DNA of 60,329 nucleotides, counting the filler, from Platydemus manokwari (lineage: Eukaryota): the NCBI GenBank assembly GCA_037951405.1. It is 6 parts of 6 records of this genome, joined end to end, with 100 filler letters (N's around TTAATTAATTAA, not from the genome) between each part and the next. Parts side by side here need not be neighbours in the genome. Positions count along the whole stretch, not along the records: positions 13,259 to 22,484 come from JBBMOY011280873.1; positions 22,585 to 31,743 come from JBBMOY011290429.1; 4 more parts are not named here. The stretch is one strand, 5' to 3'. Under the pieces are notes generated by a model. It made no database searches. It saw only the letters and a program-made list of their open reading frames with translations, and was not told the DNA's origin. Position numbers and translations under genes: made by a program. This document shows positions 14,116-27,560 of the stretch, one piece after another (the stretch's first letter is position 1; every line of letters begins with the position of its first letter).

Positions 14116-14338
14116 TTTAGTTCTCTTCAAACTTAAAGAGTCATTGCTAAAACAATTTATAGAAATAACAATGGTACAACCCCACATTATTATTTAATAT
14201 TATTAATTAGATTTACTTCCATTCACTTCTATAGATCTATTGGCACAGAAACTTCTGGTTATATAACAAAACAATTACTACTATTACCAAATAAAAAATA
14301 CGGCATTACTTGTTCATTAAATAATGAAATAATATACA

Positions 14339-15870
14339 TAGGGTTGGTGCATAAATTCGTGCGGGTTTGTTTGTTGCCAAGAAAACACACCGACTTCTTG
14401 TTTTAAATGATTTGAATTATCTTCATTCAGCTGCGTTATCTATTTAAAGCATTTTAGATTACCTTCCACTTTCATTACTCTCATTAAAATGGAGTGTCAG
14501 GTAGATAAAAATGAACATTTCCATCATCTATTACTTTTCTATTTTTATCAACATTTAAATTCTGCAAAATCCACCAGAATGATCTGCTGCATTTATGGAT
14601 AAAAGACAGTCAGTGAACAAACAGTACTAAGGTGGTTTTCTAAATTTAACAATGAAAATTTTTATTTAAACGATGCACATCGATCAGGCCGATCTAGTGA
14701 CTTTGATGAAGACTTTTTTTAACCAATTGATTCAAGATGATCCATGTAAATCGACACAAGCCTTTGAACAACCCATGGATTGTGATCACACTAGTATTTC
14801 TCAACATATCAAGAAAATTTGAAAAGTTCAAAAGCTTGGGTTATGGGTACCTCATCTTCTCAAAGAAAGTCACAAAAATCAACGTGTTTCGATTTCTACA
14901 TCTTTATTGGTTCGCCATCAATCTGCTGTGCAGTAACATCAAATCCTCAAAACAACCACAATCACGTAAGAAAAACGAAATTAACCAACAGAAAATTTTT
15001 TTGTGTTTAATCTGATCAAGTTGGTGTTACTTATTACACAATGATGCCAAGAAACCAAACAATTATTCCCGAACTTTATGGTGAACAACTCAAGCAAGTA
15101 AACACTGCAATGAAAGGGAAGAGAACCAATAAGTAGCAGATTATTTTACAACATTACAATGCTCGGCCTTATGAAATCGAATAACAACGTGGTTTGAAGA
15201 TTTTTTCGACCAAAAATCACCAAGCTTCTTCAAAAGTGGGATTGACAAACTGCCAGAACGATGGAAGGAAGTGATCGATTGTGGCGGAGAATATCTCACC
15301 GATTGAGAATGAGATATTTATGCTTTCTAATGATTTCATAAATCCATTTTGTTATCTGGAATTTCTGAAATTCTGCAAAAAGAAAAATGAAATTACACCT
15401 TGGAACCCTTGTTTTTGCACTTTGAGCTTTGCATGCCTGCACTACAATACAGGCATGCCAATCGGCCAATTACAGTGGATCTAGCTAGAAAATTACAATC
15501 GGGAAAAAGGGCATAACTACGCGGAACACACATCCATGGATTGACTAATCCCAATCATGTAAAAACCTAAATACCCAATAGGAATGCAGAAAGGCAAACA
15601 CCAAATCAAATTGTAGAATATCTTGACACAGAAAGATACACACATATCGCGAGTATAAAAAGCGATGTAAAGATGGGCAACTACCAGTTGGAAGCCAGAT
15701 TTGGTGAAGTTATTGAGCTTATATCGATTGCCGAGATTTTGTCAGTGTGTTTTCTATATTGATTTGTCGAGATTTTGATATTCGTTAATACCCCAACACG
15801 TGGTTTTCATTCTTGATCAGTATGCATTTTCATAATTGTAAAAACCGCACGAAATTATGCACCAACCTAA
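14339..15870 (+). mobile_element. Defective mariner transposon, cecropia/Hsmar1-like TIRs
   Basis: Left TIR TAGGGTTGGTGCATAAATTCGTGCGGGTTT; right AAAACCGCACGAAATTATGCACCAACCTAA followed by TA. Transposase remnant from ATG 14489 (MECQVDKNEHFHHLLLF...WFSKF...RSGR), WVPHL at ~14845, QHYNARP at ~15150, GIDKLPERWKEVIDCGGEY at ~15240-15295. Stops, frameshifts and internal deletions. Confidence 0.93.
15350..15798 (+). mobile_element. Solo LTR (family A) nested in the mariner 3' region
   Basis: TGTTA...CAACA ends, 449 bp; shares TTACACCTTG(G/A)AACCCT and CAACT(A/G)CCAGTT(G/A)GAAG blocks with 42138-42573; contains TATAAAAA and a 9-bp hairpin GCATGCCTG/CAGGCATGC. Confidence 0.65.
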
Positions 15871-16679
15871 TACTTATTTTATGATAACAACATTAATTCC
15901 AAGACCACATCTAAGATTTCTAAATATATTCTTACTTAGTTTTTACTCTTTATGAATGATAAGTCTCTTTTAATTGTGACTGCTCCATATATCTATTTCG
16001 ACACAGCATTCCTATGGAAATTATAAATTCAATATCCTGGAATTCTGATTATTTAATGTTAATCCATTTATTACACACAAAAACAGTTTTTTTTTCAAAA
16101 TTATCGGTTAAATGTGTCCATTGGTAATATCTGACGTATCGCCATTGCCATAATTTAGTCTGATTTCCATTCAGGTACTTAATGTTTATGTTTATTTATT
16201 TTATCTGGTTACCAGTAGTTCAGAGAACAACTTTTATTTCTACTTGAAAAATTTTGATGCTCAATTATGTAGCAGCATTTTTTATTTTTTTATTTAGTCT
16301 CCACTGGTATAACTTTTAATTCTTTTTATTTTACTATTTGCCTAATACTATTCGATCTCATACTATTCAGTTCATATCGTGGTTATCTGTGATAATCTGT
16401 ATGGGACTTTTAATTTGGATTGGTAACTACGTTAAAACTCTAAGTTGACACTGTTTCTAATGTACTGTTATAAATGACAATGTTGATCTTTGTATAGATA
16501 ATAATAAAATATACAGAGTATCCCACGGTAAACTCTTTCCTAGGTAAATGTGGAAAAAATCATTGTAAATTAACTCTTCGTGCTTCAAAATGTACCACCA
16601 GTTATTGAATATTCATGTTGTAGGATATAGACATGGTACATTTCTATCGATCTGTCATCAGCTATTTTCAATTGTTGGA

Positions 16680-16860
16680 TAATGTGAGATATTTAAAATA
16701 AATTAGATTTTTAATTCAAATTCATTTATATTTTTATATAAAATCATATTTATATAAAGTAAAATTTTGTAATTTAAATATTTTTATTTACATACATTTT
16801 TGGGGTCTTGACTTTTCAGTTTGTTTTAATTACGTGGTTTTTAAAATAGTAGTTACTAAC
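16680..16860 (+). repeat. Dispersed repeat family B copy
   Basis: Similar to 43020-43150 and to the inverted copy at 10100-10300. Confidence 0.55.
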
Positions 16861-17903
16861 AGATAGTTCAAAGAGAAAGTTTTTCTATATAGCCTTCGAG
16901 ATTATCCTGTCTAATACATTATTTTTTGGATCTTATAAAAAGACTGGTGTTATGGAGTCATCTTTAAACCTTGGATGAACGTGCGACAAACTACATCACG
17001 TTGATAAGAGACTATATAGAGTATAATGTTCTCGAGTTGTTGAAATTCGAATTCCCCTTTGTATTAATAAAGTTAGTGGATATTTTTTGTAAGCCGCTAC
17101 TATTTAAAAAAAAACGCATCGAAAACGAACTGAAGAGACTCGACATTCAATTCTATTTAAAGACAATTATTTAAACAAAATAAATAAAATTTACTACCAA
17201 ATTAAATTCAATATAAATTTATAATCAGTAAAAAGTTAAATTCTTTATAAAATTAAATTCAATTTAAAATCAAATTCAATATAAATTAAATTCTATACTA
17301 ATTCAAATTAAATTCATTTTGATTTTCTCACATTTTGAAAATTTAATTCGAAACTTGGAATATTTATAAAATCAGTTTTAGTGAGTTCATTGTAAAAAAC
17401 CCGTTATAAATAATAAAATAATAACTAAAAAAAGTAAAATAATAATAACAATCTTGGGTATGAGTCAAACCCTATTTAGGATATTTACCTAAATATCAAA
17501 AATCGTCAAATTTACAAGAAATGACGGTATCTAGCAAGTGTTCAACCACATTTGTTTTGGTTGAACATATTCTAGCGCCATATGAAAGTGCTTTAACAGT
17601 AATCATATTGTAAGTCCTTTAATGACATGGTCCTCATCACTGTCTTCCAGACAAGCTTAATTATTAATGTTTCATGAGCTTAAATTGGTTTAGTTTTCAT
17701 TAGCCAAGATCTGTAATGCGAAACAATAAGTGTTTTTTTTAATTTTCTGATACTGGATTAATACTTTGAAATTCTGGATGATTGAATTGTTGAGTTGAAT
17801 ATATTCAATAAAATGAGTCTTTTCCACTTCATCTTTCTATAAATCGCAATCAATTAAAATAAAAATTTCTAAAATCAACTCATATTTGATAACAAAATAT
17901 AAG

Positions 17904-19557
17904 TTTGGGAACTCCAAGTTAAAAAAAAATCAAAGCTCGAAATTCGGTGAGTCTTTGTAAATCATTTTTTGGATTTAATCAACAAAATTGGTGAAATGCT
18001 CGAAGATTTACGTTTAAGTTAGCTGTTGAATATTTTGCTTTCAATACTGCTCAAGAAGAAAATATTAAATATTAAATAATTCGACCAATCTGCCGATTGA
18101 ATTTCGAGATTTTATTATCGGCTCTTATAAAACCATTTTTCACTTATCAAACTTGTCGATTCAGAATTGTCACCCATCACGATTTTATAAACTAAATTAT
18201 TAATCAAAATTTCGCATGATTTATTTTTCAACTCAATTTGTTTATAATCGAATATATTCTGTTTTATAAATTAATAATCGTTTATGAAAATTATTACAAC
18301 ATATTGTTGAGTTAAATACAAAATGAAGTGAAGATTGCAACTTTTAATTGCTGCAAAACTCAGTTCTGCTCAGCACTTTTGGCCAATTATTAAAAACAAA
18401 CACACCAATTTCTCTTTTTATCGGCTTCAACTAGAATTAAGCCATTTTGTTTCCTTATTTACACTTGGTATTTGTGTGTATTTTTGTCCGTCATGTTTTA
18501 AATTCCATATTTCACTTTTCCAATTCCAATTGGACCTGTCGATTTTCTATGATCATGATTGGCTAATCCTTATGTGTGTCTTTTTATGAAATGAAATCTT
18601 CGATTTATGTCTTCTCTGATTGGCTGACCGCTATGGCTGTATGATTGTTTCGGCATGAATATCTGTAATACGTAAAACCAAAGATTCAAAAGTGCTAAAA
18701 TCGTATTTTTATGTCTTGTAACAATATTGATTGGTACCAACATAAATTTATCATGTTATAATGATATTATCTTGGCATTGAAAAATTGTATTGGGTCTTT
18801 TTTATTTATGTCTTTAATATTTTAACAGTCTTTTGTTGGTGACTCTTAAATTATATTAATTCTTTCAGTTCTATAATCAATAATGATCTGGCACTGCAGA
18901 AATTGTAAGATATCAAATTCTAGCGAAATAATTATATTCTTAATATATTAGCTGAGATAATAAATAATGATAATAATAATTATTATTATTTATATGAACA
19001 TTATTATTATATATCGTACGATTATTATAATAACAGAAGATTTTCCAATGTTAATATGCATAGTTGTTGCTTTCATAATTATAATTGTTGATTTTAAGCT
19101 TTAATTTTATATTTGTAGTCTGTATGTTTTGGACCGCTTTCTCGAATTGTCAGTTTGAAACGAGAACCACGATTCTAATTTATCGTTTCATCTCTTTTAA
19201 TCAGAAAATTATGCAAACTCTTGATCATATTTATATTAGTCTTATGAAAATAGCAATATTTCTCCTAATGAAATCTGTCGTCTAAATAATCTTTCATTTG
19301 TTCAAGGCATGATTAGTATTTACCGATTTGAAGTAACTATTCGAATTAAGGACTCAAAATTGTCAACAAATGCTCATTCAATGGTGATATTGCCTCCTTC
19401 TTATCAGCCTGAAGGTTATTTTGACACTTTTTGAATTAATTCTACTTAATATGTATGAATGTTTTATTCTGTTTTGTGGTTATACTCAATGTCTCTCGTT
19501 ATTATAATTTAATTTGTCTATTCTTATTAGTTCTGCAGCAATCATATGAAATTTAAG
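17904..19557 (+). CDS. Candidate multi-exon gene fragment, unidentified protein
   Basis: AG/GT-bounded exons with compatible phases: 17904-17946 (WELQVKKKSKLEIR, GTGAGT donor), 18869-18904 (SIINNDLALQK), 19119-19152 (FLYVLDRFLELS), a 52-nt intron, from 19205 KIMQTLDHIYISLMKI; later ...MVILPPSYQPE|VLQQSYEI*. One junction is unresolved. Confidence 0.35.
18305..18723 (-). mobile_element. Solo LTR (family A) with 4-bp TSD ATAT
   Basis: On the minus strand it begins TGTTAC and ends CTCAACA; ATAT flanks both sides (18301-18304, 18724-18727); internal blocks resemble the other two copies. Confidence 0.7.
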
Positions 19558-20127
19558 AGTGAAAAAACTCCTTATAAAATGTGATTAACATTGATGATTT
19601 TTACAAACATTCTAATCAAGAATCAGCAACATTCATTAAATTTTGATTATAAATTTTTGATAAACTGAAAACGTTTTTGATTTCGACTTTAAACTTCAAA
19701 GTTTGCTTTTCATATTTTAATTTTCGAAAATGCAAATATTGCTTTTAGCAAGTACGACAATCTTTAATTAGCATTCTCACAAATCATTCAACTGGCGAAA
19801 ATCTAAATTTCATTTCTACATAATATTCAATTAGAGATTGGAGAAATCCGAGTTCATTACAGTCACAAATACAAAATTGATTTGTAAATAATTGTTTTGA
19901 ATTTAAATAAAAATTTTAAAATTCGAACAAAATTGCTTTTCAAAAATAAAGTGATTTTGAAAAATTAAAATCTTAAATATTATGCGTTCCCATTCTCCAA
20001 AAATAAAATTGTTCCTGTAACTACAGTTCATTTTTAAAAGCAGATCAATATAATTTCAACTAATCATGATTCACAATGACTTCATACGATATTTATGAAT
20101 TTAACATAAGTTAAGAATTTGTTAAGT

Positions 20128-21945
20128 TAAATTTGTTGAGTGCGTTGCAAAAATCTATGTAGTTTATTTAATTATATTCTACAAAAACATTTTCAATTTT
20201 TTTATTTAAGTATTTAAGAAGAATTTTATTTCTTTGAAATCAAATATTAAATAGACTAGAGCTTGAAAATCTATTAAAATTTGATTATTTGAAAAACATA
20301 TCAAAATATGTCGAATTACAATTTGTTGTAAATTAGTGAGGACCCTTGTTTTTAACATTAGAAGCAAATTGAACGATTCTATCAATTTTTACAATTAAAT
20401 TTGTTAATTATAAATAGAGTTGATTAACTACAGTCATGTTTAATAATATCATCGCTTATCTTTATAAATTGATTGTAAAAATTCAAATAATCATCCTGAA
20501 GTGTTAAAATTAGAATAGAGTCTTGATTCTAAAACAATGTTTTGTCTCTATTAGACATCCTAAAAGTGAAATATTAACAGAATTATACGAATAAATCAAC
20601 TACCGAATTTGTATATAAAATAAAGTTAGAAAATTATCTCATATGGGAAAATTCATTATTACGAACAAAGATCGAAGAACCCCTTTGCTTAATTTAATCC
20701 ATAAATTTTAAAAACTGCCCCAAGCAATACATTTTAACTACACAATAATCTAAGATTTTATTAAAATTTATCAAACTAATTCTAAAAATATACTTAGATT
20801 AAGGCATCACCACATTTTTCAAAAGTTCGAACTTTATTCCTTTCAAAGTTGACTAAAATGGTTTTCTCAACTACCAAATAATATTCCAAGGTAGACATTA
20901 AATCTGATAAATTTTATTAATCTGATAAATTTTATTGCGTCTTGGATTATTGAATAATTTGGTTGTATAATAGATTATGCGAGTTGGAATATTTGTACGG
21001 TTTAATTTGACAAATGGTATATCAATTTGATCAGTGATCGTATAAATAATTGTGTAATACTACTTGACATTTTATCCGTAGGTTGAAACTGTGAATATAA
21101 ATCAAAATAAAATTTAATACTTTTTGGCAAGGAATACAATTTCAAACTTTTATATTAAATTCCTGATAAACAAAAACTCAAGCAGTTTCTCTCGCAAGAC
21201 TTAAGATTTTAAAAATGCTGAACTAACTCTATTCTTAAGACGACGGTCAAAAGATACTCATTGATTTTATAAGATGTGGATTTTGAAATTACTTCTATGG
21301 CTTGATGCTCTTATTCTTTCAAACAATTTACAATTAATTACTTTTCTTATAATTTTGTTAAGTTTACCCGATGTGGCACACATCAATGCTCGTTAACTCA
21401 TTTATGAGACTCCAAAAGACAATAACTTGTTCACAAAGATATAATTCTTTCACACTGTATAAAATTTATTACATGGCTGCCAACCCCTTAAATAAGATCA
21501 ATTCAACAAAAACGGAACGAGTCTGTGCACAAATTCAAAATACCGGTTGGAAATATACTTCTGACCTACTACTATGTTCGTTTATGGTTTTACGATAGTT
21601 CCACTCTTGAGAACAATCAACCAATACTAGTATTAGTAATAATAAGAAAAAAATATTTTATAATTATATAAAAATTATTTAAAAAATATTCTTCTTAGTC
21701 ATTATTTTCTATTTAATGACAGTCTTCATCTTACTGTCATTGCTTAAATAACAATTTTATTTGCATCACTGTGCAGCAACTCCTTCAAACATTAGCCTGA
21801 CATTTATCTACACATTTAACCCGATTTTCAAATAATCATTTTTAAAAAAAAAATTTTACGATGATAGAATCAAAAATTTTTAATGTCTTTATTGAATATA
21901 ATTAAATAAACTATATAGATTTTTGCAATACGCTCAATAAATTAT
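20128..21945. mobile_element. Repeat family C copy 2 (20128-20700) plus an inverted ~70-bp end (21872-21945); possible non-autonomous TIR element
   Basis: Reverse complement of 21872-21945 (TAATTTATTGAGCGTATTGCAAAAATCTATATAGTTTATTTAATTATATTC) matches 20128-20180; no ORF inside. Confidence 0.55.
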
Positions 21946-22484
21946 AAATTTTATTTTATGGTTTTCAAATCATAATTTATCAAAGTAAATCATCTTATAT
22001 CAAAGCATGACGATGATGTTTTTAAATTAAAAAAAAATTACTTTCAAACACAGCTAATAAAAATATTAGATAATTGAAAACCAACCCAAAACACTTTTTA
22101 CATCAAATCAATTAATTATTAGCTTTAAATAAAAATTGCAATTAGCAAATTTTTCTAATTAATTCTCACTTAAGACAGCAAAAAAAAATTCCCAAACAAA
22201 TATTTACACACCACAACCTGAGCTAATTAATTTACGGCTTTAAGCATATCTGACAACCAAACGATAACTTAACGTCAGACCTATTCCATTCAGTTATTTA
22301 TTTATACGAAAAAAACTCTGAGATTTATCAAGCAGTTGATGGTATTAGTTAATTAAATACCAGAGAAATTTATGGCTTTGATTTACAACTTTTTATTATT
22401 AATTTTTATTAATATATGTCAACATAAAAATTATTCAAAACAAAGGGTAAATTATTCATGATTTTATTATTCATTATGAATGAA

Positions 22485-22584
22485 NNNNNNNNNNNNNNNN
22501 NNNNNNNNNNNNNNNNNNNNNNNNNNNNTTAATTAATTAANNNNNNNNNNNNNNNNNNNNNNNNNNNNNNNNNNNNNNNNNNNN
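22485..22584. other. Artificial contig spacer
   Basis: N44-TTAATTAATTAA-N44. Confidence 0.97.
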
Positions 22585-22837
22585 AAATATTGTTCCAATT
22601 TTAGAAAACAGAAAAAACAGAAAAAACTCATCAAACCATTTTAGTGATTTTAAATAAAATGATATACAAAACTTTTTTTTTAAATTAAGAAAAGATGATA
22701 TTTGTGTAAATGGAACAGTACTTTAAATGACTATTAAATATTTTTGTGCGTCTTATGATTAGTTAGATATATTAATATTTATATATATATATATATAATA
22801 TTTAAATCAAGACATAAGCTATTTTTCAAAAACATCT

Positions 22838-23750
22838 GTAGTGAAACCTCATCTGCAGACAAATCCGGTTTAAATGAATTTTACTCTGCATATGATGAAT
22901 AGGGTTTAGAATATCTGTTGTTGAGAAATGCGATAGTTGCAATGGAGCTAAAAATCAAAAAGATTACTTTATTTTTGTGTTTTAGTTTAGAATGCGCTAA
23001 TCTAGAACCATTTATTATTGAAAAAATTAAGAATCCCTGATGCTCGAAATTTCGTGGGTGACAACAAAAATATTTCAAACATGGCTCACAATGTTAAATA
23101 TTGAAATGATCAAGAAAATAGAAAAATAGTACTCCCTCTTGATAATGCCAATTGCCATAAATCTGTGGACTATTCAAATGTCAGGTTATTATTCTCACCT
23201 AAAAACACAACTTCACTTGATATGGACATCTTAATGATTGCCAATCATCGAATTGTCTTTCAAAATTAAATATACGCCAAAATAATGCTATAATTTCAGA
23301 GACTTAGGAAATGTAAAGTGTTGAAACTATCAAAAATTGTCGGAATAAAATTAATAAATATCGTAAATCAGACCTTTGCTGACATTATAAAGGATGAAGT
23401 TGAGGAAAATATCCATAGAAGAAACATATGAAAACCTTGATGGGATTAAAAACATTTAATTTTACATTGACGAAGAGATTATAAACGATGTTAAAACCTC
23501 AGATGTTTTAAAATAATTAGAAAAATTAAAGGAATGTATTTGAATATATAGCTCAGTTTCTTTTAAAGAATTTTATGCATTCAGTAAAGAGCTTTTGAAT
23601 GATATTAGAAAATTTGGTGAAATCAAAAATACCAATTTCCTGATTAAAAAAGTCCTTTCATCATTATACATATTTATTTTACATCTAAAGTCATTAATTA
23701 TTGTTTACCTTCGGGTTCTGGGGTACCTCGTCAAAAATGATTCCGACTGC
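22838..23750 (+). mobile_element. Degenerate pogo/Tigger DNA transposon
   Basis: NRKIVLPLDNANCH...NVRLLFSPKNTTSLDMDI at ~23115-23230 matches the DDE_1 motif RKILLLLDNxxxH...LPPNTTSxLQPMDQGI; TIR-like start TAGTGAAACCTC. Confidence 0.75.
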
Positions 23751-26493
23751 ATTATCTATTAATTATAAATATTTTCATTTTTTTATTCAAAATCACCATA
23801 TTTAAATATATTTCAAGATTAGTCAACAAAATATTAAGTTTTATTAATAGACCAAACTTGAGAATAGTTATTATTTATTGTTTCCACCTTTAAGGTTGAA
23901 TAAATGAAAAGTCGCAAATAATGAATTTTTATTAACTTATTTAATTTATTTTATTTTATTAATTTATTTATTATATAGAAGATCAGGTTATTGTATTTCT
24001 TACCAAGTTAGAAATATATTATATGCAAATATTATATATATGCAAATTTGGAAGATTAATAAAAGTAAATTATTTAATAAATTATAATTTTTATGCAGAT
24101 GCGGTTTTTCAGAAAATGTAGATAGGTATCAGGAAATCGGTGATTGAGGCGTTGAATGCTCTATATTTTGCGTTTTCTTCAAAAATATTTAAGTGAATTC
24201 GAAATTCTATGATTTTTATAATTTTTTTATTATTTCTATAGGATTTATTATTTTTATTATATATTAAAAAATGAAGTACAAAAATGTGAGCCAGTGCAAT
24301 CGTTCTGTTTCTGTAAAACTGGCTTGCCTTACACTTATAAGACTTCTGTTTCACCTTTTGTGCAATCTAGAAGTACATGTTTTGAATTTTATTCGTTATC
24401 AAATAATTATCAAATGCATATTTTATTCTGAAAAATATAATGGTTCGATTTCAATACATTTTTGCATTGAATTTCAACTTGATTCTGTCTATCCGACTCT
24501 AAATGTTGCATCATTTATTGAGGTTGAATTTTGAATTTAAAATTTTTTATTTATCATGCAATAAACTGTGGACTCTGGAGCAGTTATTCCTCTTAAAAAG
24601 TTGTCAAGTAAAATATAATTATAAATTGGTTAACAGATTGGTTAAATTTAAAAATAATTTTGATTTTTCTTTTGTTCTATATATTCATTGAAAAAATTCA
24701 TTAAAATTTTATACTTTAAATTCATATAAATTTTCAATTATTTTATTATTGTTTTCTGAATTTTATTTTAATTTAAAATTTATAAATAAGCAAATATAAA
24801 AAAATCTGAACACAAATCTAAATTGAGAGATATTTACGAAGTTCCTTAATTTTGTAATAGTATTAGAAAGTTATAATAAATTCGCTGATAAAAATCTCCA
24901 AAAAAGTGCACCAGCTATATTCGTTTTTGAAGTGAATATTTTATAATTCTTATTATTAAACTCAAACTGTAATATTCAATTTTAAACTTTAAACTTGTAA
25001 AAATATAAACAAAATTTATGGTTAATAATGCACAAGGCAAACCAACTTATTTGTCTCTTTTTATAATATGTCAAATTGTAATCTAAACAAAAATTTGGGA
25101 TCCAGTTTTACGAAAAGACATATAAAGATCTGTTGAAACATTTAAATGTCATCCTTTTGCTAAACATGTAGTAAATTTCTTGTATAGAACAAACTTTTAT
25201 AATTATATATCCTAATACTAAAACAAAGGAATTCAGAAAAATATACCCAGATTAAGAAATTTATTTAGAAAGTAAAATGCCATGACAATTCCCATATATA
25301 AATTTTTAATTAAATTTCTCTGACCCCGACATTGTAATGTATGTAATCATATTAATTTTTAAACAAGGTTAATTTTATCGAGTAAATTTTAGACCAACCA
25401 TAATCCCGTTAGATTAATTATTTGAAAATAAGAGTAAAATCAAAAAAATTAATCATAGCACAATTCTAATTATCAGAATTGAAATATTTAAATAAATAAA
25501 ATCATAAAATAACTTGATAATTATATCGTATTTTATATTCATATTTAAAAACAACCAATACATGGTCTAAGTAGTTTCAATCTTTTAATTTTTAGAAAAA
25601 TTAGTCAACTGCAAAGAAGTTAGTTGCCCTATTCGATAATTGATTATTTATATAACTGAAAGATAAATGAAAATATTAAACTATTAGAAATTTATCATTA
25701 TAATTAGCTATTACCTTTGGATAAAATTTTGCAAAACACAATCAATTCGAATATTCAATTGTAAAATAATACCAGTTTATAATAGTAAATCCAAAACAAA
25801 GTCGATAAAATTGACAATGTGTATTATTCTCGAAGAAAAAATTACCTTTAAAATGGTTATAAAAATCACTATTTGTTTAAAAAAACTTTGTGGTCATTCA
25901 TATAAAAAACCACCTGTTTAAAGTAAATATTTCTGTTATTCAATGAACGTTGAATTATTAATTGGAACTTTATTTATCAACTCAATAGAAAGATATTCAA
26001 AATAAATGATAGTTTTAAAGCAATCATAAAAATTTTCATGTAATCGTCTAAAATTAAACAAATACATAATAAAAATATTTTTAAATATTTCTTAAAGAAT
26101 TTTCTATCAATCGACTTCTAATGCATTATATCTTTAATGGAAATTGACAAATTATTTTTTAATTTCTTTCAATTTGTTGAATAACTTTTAAGATACTCGA
26201 TTAAAATTTTATTAAACTTGTAAAATAAATTCATTGAGTCTCAACAACTGCAAGTTCAATTTATAATTGACATCAGCGTAGAAAAATAGATTGCTTAGAT
26301 TTCATAAATTTATTTTATTTGTAACTGAGCCCCTGCGGCTTATCTGTTTATGTGTTTGATGAATTATTATAATTAAAAATTGTCTCGAAAATACTTAAAA
26401 TAAGGAAATTAATTATTACGTGTAGATGGAAATTGAAAACAAGATCATTGATTTTTAATTTTATTCCTTAACTATGAACTCAATTTTCAAATA

Positions 26494-27560
26494 TAGTTAA
26501 CCCTCATTTATCCGAACTTCAATAATCCGAAAATTTCATTGTCCGAAAAAAATTTATTTATTTTGTCAATTTTCGAAGATTTCCAGACAAATTTGATTCA
26601 TTAATCCGAAACTTCATAATCCGCAATTGCAAAGTTCTTTCTTGAATTAAATTTCTTATAAATTTTAAAATTTTCGGATTAATGTTGTTTAAATATTAGG
26701 CTTGTTTATAATTTTAATTTATTTAAATTAAATATCCATATGGCTAGAAAAAGAACAGAAATTACAATTCATAAAAAGATAAAAATTTGTGCAATAAAGC
26801 AGTTATGAATTATCTCAAATTATCATTAGAGAATTAAACCAGGACCTAGGAATTTCTACGTTATCTGAAATTTTGAAAAATAAAGAGAAATGAGTAAATT
26901 GTGAAAGCTTAAAACCATCAAAAATTCATTTTCTGTTTGAGAATTCATTGATCGAATAGATATCTCGAATAGATGCGACAAATGGATTAGTCCAAAAATT
27001 CAAAAAATTATTCAATCTGAAATTGAAAGTTCTCTGTGGAGAAGCAAATTAAATAAATGATGTTGATGTTTCCGCCCATAGAAAATAATGGTTGAAAAAT
27101 TAGCAGGAATTGGCTCAGACGTTATACTCAATATGGATGAAACTGGACTTTTTTTTCTAGCATTTCCATCAAGTGAAGGAAAAGGCATAAAACAATCTAA
27201 AGTTAGAATAACCATAATTTCATGTTCGAATGCTAGTAGATCAATTAAACTTACACCCTTTGTTATTCGACATAGCAAGAAACCAAGATACAGATATAAA
27301 AAATAATATAAAGCATTTTTAAAAAAAAATTTAGCAGTTGATTACATGAACACGCTTGATCAAACAAAAACCTTTGTTATTAATCTTTAGAAAGCCATAT
27401 TGATATGTCATGAAGTTTAGGAAGATGTGAAAGAAAAAACCATCTAAAATTGTTTCAAAAAGGTTGCGATTATTCCAATTCTTGACGGATCTTATGTTGA
27501 AGAAAACTTGTCATCAGATCCCGCTCTTGAAACACCAGAATTTGCTTGTCTAAATATTAT
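26494..27560 (+). mobile_element. Degenerate pogo/Tigger (CENP-B-like) transposon
   Basis: TIR-like TAGTTAACCCTCATTTATCCGAAC with repeated TCCGAA sub-terminal motifs; ATG 26740 MARKRTEITIHKKIKIC (HTH_psq-like); ILNMDETGLFF...KQSKVRITIISCSNA...KLTPFVI..SKKPR (27088-27306). Right end not found. Confidence 0.88.

Noticed and set aside
13984-14197. Poly-Leu 'membrane protein' and poly-Asn ORFs
   Set aside because: Translations of a (TTA)n microsatellite.
15900-16650. Minus-strand Gypsy RNase H-like traces
   Set aside because: Only faint partial motifs; too degraded to support.
23979-24147. Possible 8-nt micro-exon plus terminal exon (KIRCGFSENVDRYQEIGD*)
   Set aside because: Too short, no homology; such splice-like sites arise by chance in AT-rich DNA.
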